Below, in pieces: positions 39,777 through 47,658 of a stretch of 64,000 nt of DNA. The notes beneath the pieces were generated by a model. It had not been told where the DNA came from. It saw only the letters and a list, made by a program, of their open reading frames with translations, and made no database searches. Positions within the stretch are counted from its first letter, which is position 1. Each line of letters begins with the position of its first letter. The stretch is from Candidatus Poribacteria bacterium. Its GTDB lineage: Bacteria > Poribacteria > WGA-4E > WGA-3G. The position numbers were made by a program, and so were the translations under genes. Where the stretch lies: positions 5,568,001 to 5,632,000 of the forward strand of contig OZ242029.1 in the NCBI GenBank assembly GCA_965205015.1, read 5' to 3'.

Positions 39777-41789
39777 ATGCAGAAATTGACAATTGAAGGT
39801 CAGACATATACAAATTCGATAGGGATGCAGTTCGTTAGAATTGAACCTGGGACCTTCACGATGGGTTCAAAGAACGCCGCACTATCGGATGAGTTGACAG
39901 CCGGAAAAACACACCTCCGCGACGGTGATTGGGACGAACACCCCGTGCATCAAGTAACCCTTACCACACCGTTCTATATCGGCATTTTTCAGGTGACGAA
40001 TGCCCAGTATGAGGCGTTTGATCCTGCACACCGTGAGTTGCAGAGTCTTCAGAACACCGGTTTTTCAAAAGAAGACGATGAAGCGGTTGTGTTTGTAGAC
40101 TGGCACGATGCGACGCACTTCTGCGAATGGCTTTCCGAAAAGGAGGGACTTCCCTATCGACTGCCAACCGAAGCGGAGTGGGAATACGTGTGCCGTGCAG
40201 GCACAACAAGCCATTTTCATACCGGCGATACACTCCCACCTGAATTCCACAAAAACGTTGGAGAAAGTTGGTACCCTGATGGGGAACGAGGTCGTGACGC
40301 AGAAGAAATCGTACCTCTACAGGTTGGGCAAACGCCGCCCAACGCATGGGGTGTATACGACATGCACGGCAACGTAGAGGAGTGGTGCCACGATTGGTAC
40401 GGGACCTATGAACCCGGTCCACAAGTCGATCCAGTCGGTCGGGAAGCTGGTTTGTATCGCGTTGCGCGGGGTGGCAGCCATTCTACGTTGCTCTGCTATC
40501 TGCGCTCAGCCAATCGGATGGGAGCAGTACCAGAAGATAAGCACTGGTACATCGGATTCCGTGTCATCTGTGGCGAGATGCCGCAGACCGCTCCGACACC
40601 CGCACCGAAGGTGGCACTCTGGGGACGTGATGTTAAACAGGAAGATACGAGTGCCCCCGCGCCAGAATCCCCCTATTTTGCGGAACCCCTCACTTATGTT
40701 AAAATTCCTGAAGGCTCAAACGGACCGCTTTTTTCGGCGCATAACCACGTCCCGGCGATTGTGGAGTGTCCGAACGGTGATATGTTCGCGGCATGGTACT
40801 CGTGCGTGACAGAACGCGGACGAGAATTGACACTCGCCGCGAGCCGACTGCGCTTTGGTGAAACCGAATGGGACCCCGCCGAACCCTTCTGGGGTCCGCC
40901 CGATCGGAACAATCACGCCACCTCGCTTTGGCGAAACGAGAATGGACGGATTTACCACTTCAATGGACTCTCGGCTGCCGCCACATGGGGTCCCTTAGCG
41001 TTGATCCTGCGCTATTCCGACGATAACGGCGCGACGTGGTCGAAACCGCGCTTTATATCACCAGAGCACCGCCTCCGACACATGCCGATCGCCTCTGTTT
41101 TCCGAAGACAAGACGGTTCTATCCTCCTCGCTTGCGATGCAGTGACCGGCGGTAACGGTGGCACCGCGATATGGCTCAGTGAGGACGACGGCGACACATG
41201 GTATGATCCAGGAGCAGGGCAACCCATTCCCGAGTTTGCTGATGGCAAACAGGGGGGATGGATCGCTGGTATTCACGCTGCCGTGGTCGAACTCACAGAT
41301 GGCAGATTGATGGCTTACGGCAGAGGCGACACCATCAACGGACGGATGCCGAAGAGCCTTTCCGCAGATAACGGTAGGACGTGGCATTACAGTGCGAGTC
41401 CATTCCCAGTTGTTTCTGGCGGACAACGGTGCGTGCTGCTACGACTTCAAGAGGGACCCATTTTTCTCGCCACGTTCACAGGAGAACGGAAGACGCCGAC
41501 ATCCCTGCCGATTGTTGATGCTGCTGGCAATGAACGCCTTGTTACTGGACTTTTCGGGGCGTTATCTTATGACGACGGCGAAACGTGGGAGTGTCTGCGT
41601 TTGATTTCAGATGATGGAGAAGACCGAGAGATTGAGACGATGGATGGACGCCCCTTTACGATGGGGTTAAATAGTGCCGAACTCGGCGGTTACCTCGCCG
41701 TTTGCCAAGGACAGAACGGGATTATCCACCTGATTAGCAGCCGTCAACACTACCGATTTAATTGCGCGTGGTTGAAAGAAAAGTTGTGA
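39777..41789 (+). CDS. FGE-sulfatase (SUMF1-like) domain fused to a BNR/Asp-box sialidase-like propeller
   Basis: RLPTEAEWEY.CRAG, N.WG.YDMHGNV.EWC.D, IGFRV. Asp boxes SDDNGATW, SEDDGDTW, SADNGRTW, SYDDGETW. Confidence 0.88.
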   Translation: MQKLTIEGQTYTNSIGMQFVRIEPGTFTMGSKNAALSDELTAGKTHLRDGDWDEHPVHQVTLTTPFYIGIFQVTNAQYEAFDPAHRELQSLQNTGFSKEDDEAVVFVDWHDATHFCEWLSEKEGLPYRLPTEAEWEYVCRAGTTSHFHTGDTLPPEFHKNVGESWYPDGERGRDAEEIVPLQVGQTPPNAWGVYDMHGNVEEWCHDWYGTYEPGPQVDPVGREAGLYRVARGGSHSTLLCYLRSANRMGAVPEDKHWYIGFRVICGEMPQTAPTPAPKVALWGRDVKQEDTSAPAPESPYFAEPLTYVKIPEGSNGPLFSAHNHVPAIVECPNGDMFAAWYSCVTERGRELTLAASRLRFGETEWDPAEPFWGPPDRNNHATSLWRNENGRIYHFNGLSAAATWGPLALILRYSDDNGATWSKPRFISPEHRLRHMPIASVFRRQDGSILLACDAVTGGNGGTAIWLSEDDGDTWYDPGAGQPIPEFADGKQGGWIAGIHAAVVELTDGRLMAYGRGDTINGRMPKSLSADNGRTWHYSASPFPVVSGGQRCVLLRLQEGPIFLATFTGERKTPTSLPIVDAAGNERLVTGLFGALSYDDGETWECLRLISDDGEDREIETMDGRPFTMGLNSAELGGYLAVCQGQNGIIHLISSRQHYRFNCAWLKEKL

Positions 41790-41824
41790 AGTGTCTAAAA
41801 TGCCTAAAGTTGCTAAGTTGGTTG

Positions 41825-41900
41825 CTTGCACAAACTAACAGTTTATGCTACAGCACACTCTGAGACTTCCTTACTTGCACAAACTAACAGTTTATGCTAC
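41825..41900 (-). repeat. Two identical 27-bp GTAG REP-like copies (minus-strand gtagcataaactgttagtttgtgcaag)
   Basis: Exact direct repeats at 41825-41851 and 41874-41900, each with an internal hairpin. Confidence 0.8.
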
Positions 41901-41935
41901 AAATATGTGCCGATCAAAGGACTATGGTTAAAAAA

Positions 41936-42826
41936 ATGAAGCTCCCCTTTTTACATCAGGACGTAGACATCAGTACCGATTTACGAGAAAGTAACGACAT
42001 CCTTGACAACCCCGATGCCTTGCAGGAGCGGATGGCAGCGGAGGGGTATCTCCTGATTCGTGGATTACACGATAAGGACGCGATCCTTACGGCGCGTCGG
42101 CAGATTCTGGAAAAACTCGCAGCAAAAGGGATGCTCGCACCGGATACAGAATTGATGGACGGGATCTTTAACCCCGATTATCCTGAACCGACATCAACCG
42201 GCTCAATGGGCAATAAGGCATTCACGCAGATGCCAACCTTCAAAGCCGTCGTTGAGGGGGAACCGATCATGAATTTTTTCAAGCGATTCCTCGGCGGCGA
42301 TGCTCGGACGTTCGATTTTAAATGGCTTCGCACAGCGGGACCCGGATCCGGCTCCCCGATACATTACGATATCGTCTTTATGGGCAGAGGCACGCAAAAC
42401 CTCTACTCCTGCTGGACCCCCTTTGGTGATGTATCGCTGGACATGGGTCCGATCGTGTTCTGTCTCGGTTCCAACCAATTTGAAAAGGTCCGCGCAACTT
42501 ACGGACGATCAGACGTCGATCGGGACCTGATTGAAGGACATTTCAGCGATAAACCGCTTGAGATCGTCGAGAAATTCGGGGGACACTGGGCAACAACAAC
42601 GTTTTCGGCGGGCGATGTGATTATTTTTAGCATGTTTCTGATGCACGCTTCGCTCGTTAACACCTCTAATAAAATTCGGATAACAGCAGATACCCGCTAC
42701 CAACTCGCCGCTGACCCCATCGACGAACGCTGGATTGGTGAAAAACCGAAAGGGCATTACGCATGGAAGCAACAGGGCGCGAAGATCGAATCCCTGGAGA
42801 AATCTCGACGCAGATGGGGTGTTTAA
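41936..42826 (+). CDS. Phytanoyl-CoA dioxygenase (PhyH) family protein
   Basis: EGYLLIRG, H-x-D (IHYD), SCWTPFGD, AGDVIIF...MHAS..N, R.TADTRYQ. Confidence 0.88.
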   Translation: MKLPFLHQDVDISTDLRESNDILDNPDALQERMAAEGYLLIRGLHDKDAILTARRQILEKLAAKGMLAPDTELMDGIFNPDYPEPTSTGSMGNKAFTQMPTFKAVVEGEPIMNFFKRFLGGDARTFDFKWLRTAGPGSGSPIHYDIVFMGRGTQNLYSCWTPFGDVSLDMGPIVFCLGSNQFEKVRATYGRSDVDRDLIEGHFSDKPLEIVEKFGGHWATTTFSAGDVIIFSMFLMHASLVNTSNKIRITADTRYQLAADPIDERWIGEKPKGHYAWKQQGAKIESLEKSRRRWGV

Positions 42827-42846
42827 TCGCATTAATGTTTAAAACG

Positions 42847-42924
42847 GTAGCCTGCAACAATACGCAGAAACACGCAGAAACACCCTATCAATACGCAGAA
42901 ATACCCAAGCAAAAACACGCAAGC
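42847..42924 (+). repeat. Dispersed 'acgcagaaatacccaagcaaaaac' module following a GTAG start
   Basis: Shares accctatcaatacgcagaaatacccaagcaaaaacac with the copy near 46690-46730, and the core with 46962-46980 in reverse. Confidence 0.75.
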
Positions 42925-42942
42925 GGATAGACGAAAAGGAAC

Positions 42943-44013
42943 ATGAAACCACCAATCCACCTGACCGAACCGCAAGGTAAAATTAAAAAATCCAAATTTT
43001 TACCTCTCCTTCTCATCCTGCTTTGTGCAGTTGCAATCGGCGTTGGCATCAGACATTACAAGGGTAACAAACCGCCTGTCGGAGCGTGGGAAGTCTATTT
43101 CAGTGAAGTCGATACCGAGGAGAACCACTATTCCCTTGAGAAACGTCTCGTCGAGAAACTTACCACTGCCACATCGCGAGTCGATGCCGCGCTCTACCAC
43201 TTAGACGCCACGTCGATAGCCGATGGCTTAATCAAAGCATACCGGCGTGGGGTACAGGTGCGCATCGTCACTGAGACGGACAATATTGATGAGGAAGCAA
43301 TTGCGCGATTGCAAGAAGCAGGCATTCCAGTTGCCGACGACGGAGATTCCAACGGTTACATGCACCACAAATTCGTTGTGATTGACGAGCGATACGTCTG
43401 GACGGGCTCCTATAACACCACCTATAATGGGGCGCATAAAAATAACAATAACGTCATATTCATCGATTCCGTCCCGCTGGCATATAACTTCACCCAAGAG
43501 TTTCGAGAACTGTTTCGGCAGATGCGGGCTGAGAAACCCTCTGGTGCGTCTGTTGTACATCCGAAAGTGACACTCAGCGACGGAACACAGATATTCACCT
43601 ATTTTTCACCAGACAATGATATTATTTCGTCGCTCCTGAGGGAAATCGGAGCCGCCAAGAAGTCGATTCATTTTATGGCGTTTGCGTTTACACATGATGC
43701 ACTCGGCAATGCGATGCGTAAACGCTCTGAAGCCGGTGTTGAGGTCCGGGGCGTGTTCGAGGGACGACAGGTTGACGATCGCTACTCAGAACATAATGCG
43801 ATGAAGCAGGCAGGGTTACAAGTCGCTGTAGATGGAAATAGAGGGGCTATGCATCACAAGGTACTTGTGATCGATGCGGAGACGGTGATTACGGGTTCCT
43901 ACAACTTCTCCAAGAACGCCGAAGTGCGCAATAGCGAGAACCTATTGATTATTAAAGGAAACCCCGATATTGCTCAAGCATACCTGGCAGAATTTGATCG
44001 AATCGTGCGCTAA
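42943..44013 (+). CDS. Phospholipase D-family protein / nuclease with two HKD motifs, membrane-anchored
   Basis: MHHKFVVID...WTGSYN and MHHKVLVID...TGSYNFS...NSEN. N-terminal TM helix. Confidence 0.9.
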   Translation: MKPPIHLTEPQGKIKKSKFLPLLLILLCAVAIGVGIRHYKGNKPPVGAWEVYFSEVDTEENHYSLEKRLVEKLTTATSRVDAALYHLDATSIADGLIKAYRRGVQVRIVTETDNIDEEAIARLQEAGIPVADDGDSNGYMHHKFVVIDERYVWTGSYNTTYNGAHKNNNNVIFIDSVPLAYNFTQEFRELFRQMRAEKPSGASVVHPKVTLSDGTQIFTYFSPDNDIISSLLREIGAAKKSIHFMAFAFTHDALGNAMRKRSEAGVEVRGVFEGRQVDDRYSEHNAMKQAGLQVAVDGNRGAMHHKVLVIDAETVITGSYNFSKNAEVRNSENLLIIKGNPDIAQAYLAEFDRIVR

Positions 44014-45164
44014 GGCGTTTCGCCTAATATTACTGTAGAATAGTGTTCGGTTCCATTCCTACCGATTTTAAGTTGGACCTTCGTATTCGGGCGCTTACTC
44101 ACAACGCATTTTAACAACTCGTCGTAAGAGCGTACAGGGGCTTCGTTAAATTCCAAGATAAGATCCTGAGGTAAAAGCCCGCCTTTGTGCGCCGGACTGT
44201 TTTCAATCACACCCGTAACGAGGACCCCTAAATCGCCAATATCAACTTCAACACCGAGCCAGCCCCGCGCAACCTTCCCGTGTTCTATAATTTCTGTGGC
44301 AACCGCGCGAACCGTCTCTATCGGCACAGCAAAAGTGATTTCCTGATTCCGAGCCGCCAGCGGGGATCGAGCAAGAAGTTGTGTAATGTCTATATCGCCC
44401 TGCTTCTCGAAAAGTGTGTCAAGCGGAGCATGCGTAGCCGTCGGTTCCGTCAGGACTGCAAGTATCATTCCAACGACCTCTCCTGACGTGTCTACCACTG
44501 CCCCACCGCTGTTGCCAGGTGTAACCGCCGCGTTGATTTTAATTAATTCGCCACACAATTGATTCGGCAAGGTATCCCAACCCCCCACAATACCGAAGGA
44601 GACAATGGGACTCTGGCCATAACTGCTCCCGATTGTCACAACCCAGGAACCGGTATCAATTTTTGAAGAATCACCCCACTTACGAGGCAGCGTGAATTCG
44701 ATCCATTCCTCAGGTACCGTTGGAGACCTGACCGCATTCGTTGGTGGTGTGGATTCGCGCAGCGGACCTGTAGCCCGAAGCACAGCAATATCAGTGAACA
44801 CATCAGTGCCGATGAGTTTTGCTGAAGACACCCTTTTATTGTTAAAGATAACCTCAATCTTACTCGGGGGTCCCATCTCGAAAGTGGTCGTCACAATGTG
44901 TCCAGCGGTGTCAATGACAATACCAGAACCGATGTTCTGGCGCATCAGTGCTAACTCTTTAGTGTTCCACGAAAGTGGGACCGGTACGCCTTGTGTTGCG
45001 ACAACCTTCACAACGGTAGGACGGGCATCCGTGACGATCCTCTGGAAATCCTTTTCAAGCCGCTGCAGCAGGCTCTCATTGGTGAAACCGGGAATGGCGA
45101 CAGAGAGGAGGAGACTCAGTGCTCCAATTATCAGTAGTTGGCGTTTTAATTTTCGTGTGTACAT
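44010..45164 (-). CDS. HtrA/DegP-like trypsin domain plus PDZ protein (catalytic His apparently absent)
   Basis: GSGIVID, TDIAVL, PGNSGG, RGWLGV, NSPA..GGL...D.I. TTTFEM stands where TNNHVV is expected. Confidence 0.85.
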   Translation of the reverse strand: MYTRKLKRQLLIIGALSLLLSVAIPGFTNESLLQRLEKDFQRIVTDARPTVVKVVATQGVPVPLSWNTKELALMRQNIGSGIVIDTAGHIVTTTFEMGPPSKIEVIFNNKRVSSAKLIGTDVFTDIAVLRATGPLRESTPPTNAVRSPTVPEEWIEFTLPRKWGDSSKIDTGSWVVTIGSSYGQSPIVSFGIVGGWDTLPNQLCGELIKINAAVTPGNSGGAVVDTSGEVVGMILAVLTEPTATHAPLDTLFEKQGDIDITQLLARSPLAARNQEITFAVPIETVRAVATEIIEHGKVARGWLGVEVDIGDLGVLVTGVIENSPAHKGGLLPQDLILEFNEAPVRSYDELLKCVVSKRPNTKVQLKIGRNGTEHYSTVILGETP

Positions 45165-45266
45165 GCTTTATTTCCTTGAAGGAAAGTGTGCTAAAGTTGT
45201 AGTGGGGCTTGTACCTGCCCACCAACTCTCGAACTTGAGATGCACTTTAGAACATCTGCAAAATTT

Positions 45267-45845
45267 TTACAGCCCACCCCGTGTGGACGCGTTGGTATAA
45301 CTCACCTGTTTTAAGACGTAATGTTGCTGCATTGGGCGCACCGGCGTTGAGATAACACCACCGGGTAGAAACTGACTGCCGTTTTCCACAGTACGCCGCG
45401 GCACGACTGGCGAGGTCGCAACCCGAACTTCTTGAGACTTAGATGTTATCGCAGTCGAACCGGCGTCTCGATCGAACAAGGATCCACCTTGATAGAGATA
45501 GGTGCCAGTTACGGCGAGAATTAACACCAAAATTCCACTAATTGCCCATACGGGACGGCGAAATACATCCAACAGTTGCTTCCAACCTGTTGTCGCGCTC
45601 CCTGTCACTCCCTCGATCTCGCGTTGCTCTTCGGCAATCCGTTGCAGCAACGTCGGCATAAAGTAGGGGGAAGGCTCAATCTGTGGCAATTGCTGGACTG
45701 CCTTAACAGATTCCTGAAATCTGCCATATTCCTGCTGACACGCCTCACACGTCGCGATGTGTTTTTCAAAACGCTGCAACGTCTGATAATCAAGTGTGTC
45801 CTCAAAATGATCGGTGAAATGTTCCTCAGCCTGTAGGCAGTTCAT
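45267..45845 (-). CDS. Zinc-binding anti-sigma factor (zf-HC2) with TM helix
   Basis: MNC...H...C..C (HIATCEAC) and one TM segment. Downstream of the ECF sigma gene. Confidence 0.88.
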   Translation of the reverse strand: MNCLQAEEHFTDHFEDTLDYQTLQRFEKHIATCEACQQEYGRFQESVKAVQQLPQIEPSPYFMPTLLQRIAEEQREIEGVTGSATTGWKQLLDVFRRPVWAISGILVLILAVTGTYLYQGGSLFDRDAGSTAITSKSQEVRVATSPVVPRRTVENGSQFLPGGVISTPVRPMQQHYVLKQVSYTNASTRGGL

Positions 45846-45869
45846 AATAAACGACTCCTATGAACATTA

Positions 45870-45962
45870 TAGAACTTACGCAATTTCCATGGAAGACCTA
45901 CGGCTCACACGCCGCTGGCGAGGTTTCAAACCTCGACAGCAAAGGATGCTGCGTAAGTCCTG
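45870..45962 (+). mobile_element. ~93-bp MITE with imperfect TIRs (tagaacttacgca...tgcgtaagtcctg) and 5-bp TSD CATTA
   Basis: TIRs and flanking CATTA (45865-69 and 45963-67) read directly. Near-identical inverted copy at 59771-59864. Confidence 0.8.
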
Positions 45963-45964
45963 CA

Positions 45965-46564
45965 TTAGATAAACGATTTTAACTTATCTTTAAGCATGAG
46001 TCGGGCACGGTTAATGCGCGATTTCGTCGTGCCGCTCCGGAGTTCCAACACCTCACTGATTTCGTCGTAACTCAGTCCCTGCAAGTCGCGCAAGACGAGC
46101 GGGAGTCTGTACTGTTCTGGCAATTCCGCGATCGCTTTTTGGATAGCGTTGCGTAATTCCTTACGTTCAAGTTCTACCTCCGGTTGGAAAGCCGGATTCG
46201 CGGGTGCGTTTGCAATCAAATCAATTTCTTCTATGTCGTTATGACGATCACTTCCGTTGCTCACAACGTTATCAACTCTATATTTGTCCCGCCGCTCTCG
46301 ATTTCGGATTTCATTTTTGCAAAGATTTTTAGCGATGTGATACATCCATGTTTTAAAATGTGCCTGGCCCGGTTTATAACGCTGCGCCGCTTTAAACATA
46401 CGAATGAACGTCTCCTGCGCCAAATCCTCAGCGTTATCCCTATCATTGATGAACCGAGCAATGAAATTAATGAGGGGCTGCTGATGTCGGCGCACGAGAA
46501 GCGTAAAGGCGTCTTCATCTCCTTCTTGATAGCGTTCCATTAATTCATCATCTAAGTCAAGCAT
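45965..46564 (-). CDS. ECF RNA polymerase sigma factor (SigW/RpoE-like)
   Basis: D.AEDLAQETFIR, FKTWMY.IA.NLC, LP.QYR..LVLRD.QGLSYDEI..VL....GT.KSRI.RAR. Start ATG 46564 with GGAGG. Confidence 0.93.
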   Translation of the reverse strand: MLDLDDELMERYQEGDEDAFTLLVRRHQQPLINFIARFINDRDNAEDLAQETFIRMFKAAQRYKPGQAHFKTWMYHIAKNLCKNEIRNRERRDKYRVDNVVSNGSDRHNDIEEIDLIANAPANPAFQPEVELERKELRNAIQKAIAELPEQYRLPLVLRDLQGLSYDEISEVLELRSGTTKSRINRARLMLKDKLKSFI

Positions 46565-46593
46565 CAGGTGCCTCCGGAAGTGCTTATCCATAA

Positions 46594-46630
46594 TATACAC
46601 CAAACTTCGGATTTGGTTGCAAATTTTTTC
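46594..46630 (-). promoter_or_regulatory. Putative autoregulatory ECF promoter (aaaaaattTGCAAC-N16-TGTATA)
   Basis: AAC-containing -35 with a 16-nt spacer directly upstream of the sigma gene. Confidence 0.5.
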
Positions 46631-46656
46631 GGAGCATAAGACAGCGATCAGAAACC

Positions 46657-46758
46657 GGTAGGAGAGGGAAAATCCGCAGAAATCCGCAGAAATACCCTAT
46701 CAATACGCAGAAATACCCAAGCAAAAACACTCCAAGCAAAAACACTCCGATTCCCAAC
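46657..46758 (+). repeat. GTAG REP-like element interrupted by the 'gcagaaatacccaagcaaaaac' module
   Basis: gtaggagaggg-[aaatccgcag x2, aaataccctatcaatacgcagaaatacccaagcaaaaacactcc, aagcaaaaacactcc]-gattcccaac. Confidence 0.65.
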
Positions 46759-46922
46759 TCACAACTGAAAACTGAACACTATTTTATGGGCGTGTCTTGA
46801 CCTTAAAATGGGTTTTCGTGTATGATTGTTTTGATAAAGCACTACACAATCCTACAAAAGACCGACAATAATTTAGCATATTTATAGAACAGATGTCAAA
46901 TTCAGAACGGGACAGCTGCTTT

Positions 46923-47048
46923 TATGGTAAACCCGAAAAATAAACAGACACCTCGTAGGGGGTTTTTGCTTGGGTGTTTCCTTAGGTCTTGTACCTGCCC
47001 GCCAATGCACAAGTTTATAATGTCCATTTAATTCTAAGGCCTACCATA
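46923..47048. mobile_element. TA-terminated MITE-like element with degenerate ~28-bp TIRs enclosing an interrupted REP
   Basis: Left end tatggtaaacccgaaaaataaacagaca; reverse complement of right end tatggtaggccttagaattaaatggaca. Confidence 0.5.
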
Positions 47049-47061
47049 GATGGAGGTTTAC

Positions 47062-47631
47062 ATGTTTGATCAAGTCTTACAGGAAGTCGAGGCACAGTGT
47101 AAAGAAGAGAGAATTCCGATGCTGGGAGAAGAAAAGGCGAAATTTCTCGCCGCCTGCGTTGAAAAGGCGGAACCGACCCTCATTGTCGAATGTGGAACGG
47201 CTATCGGTTACTCCGGACTCTGGATGCTACGCGTGTTGAAAGCCGCCGGCACCGGGCGTTTGATAACGATCGAGATAGATGCTAACCGTGCCGCACAAGC
47301 ACAAACGAATTTCGAACGCGCCGGAATGGCAGACCTTGTCGACTCACGCATCGGCGATGCACAAGAAGTCCTCAAACGCATTCAAGACCCTGTCGATTTT
47401 CTGCTCCTCGATAATAACTTCAACAATTACTTCCCCTGTTTTCAGGCAATTGAATCGCAGTTGACGAATCCAGCAACCGTCGTAGCGGATAACGTCGGTA
47501 TCGGTGCCGAGTCAATGGCGGATTATCTGGAACACGTCCGAGAGCACTATGAATCCGAAACACATTGGTTTGACATCGATCTACCCTGGGTGAAACAGGA
47601 CGCAATCGAAGTGAGCATCTATCGCCATTAA
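47062..47631 (+). CDS. Class I SAM-dependent O-methyltransferase (Methyltransf_3-like)
   Basis: VECGTAIGYSGLW, LITIEID, GDA.EVL, DFLLLD, VADNV. Confidence 0.9.
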   Translation: MFDQVLQEVEAQCKEERIPMLGEEKAKFLAACVEKAEPTLIVECGTAIGYSGLWMLRVLKAAGTGRLITIEIDANRAAQAQTNFERAGMADLVDSRIGDAQEVLKRIQDPVDFLLLDNNFNNYFPCFQAIESQLTNPATVVADNVGIGAESMADYLEHVREHYESETHWFDIDLPWVKQDAIEVSIYRH

Positions 47632-47658
47632 TCCGCCAGTGCAAAAGGAGAGAGTTTG

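Noticed and set aside
41825-41900. Two identical 27-bp repeats with a 22-bp spacer as a mini CRISPR array
   Set aside because: Only two units, a short spacer, GTAG-hairpin REP structure and no cas genes in the window.
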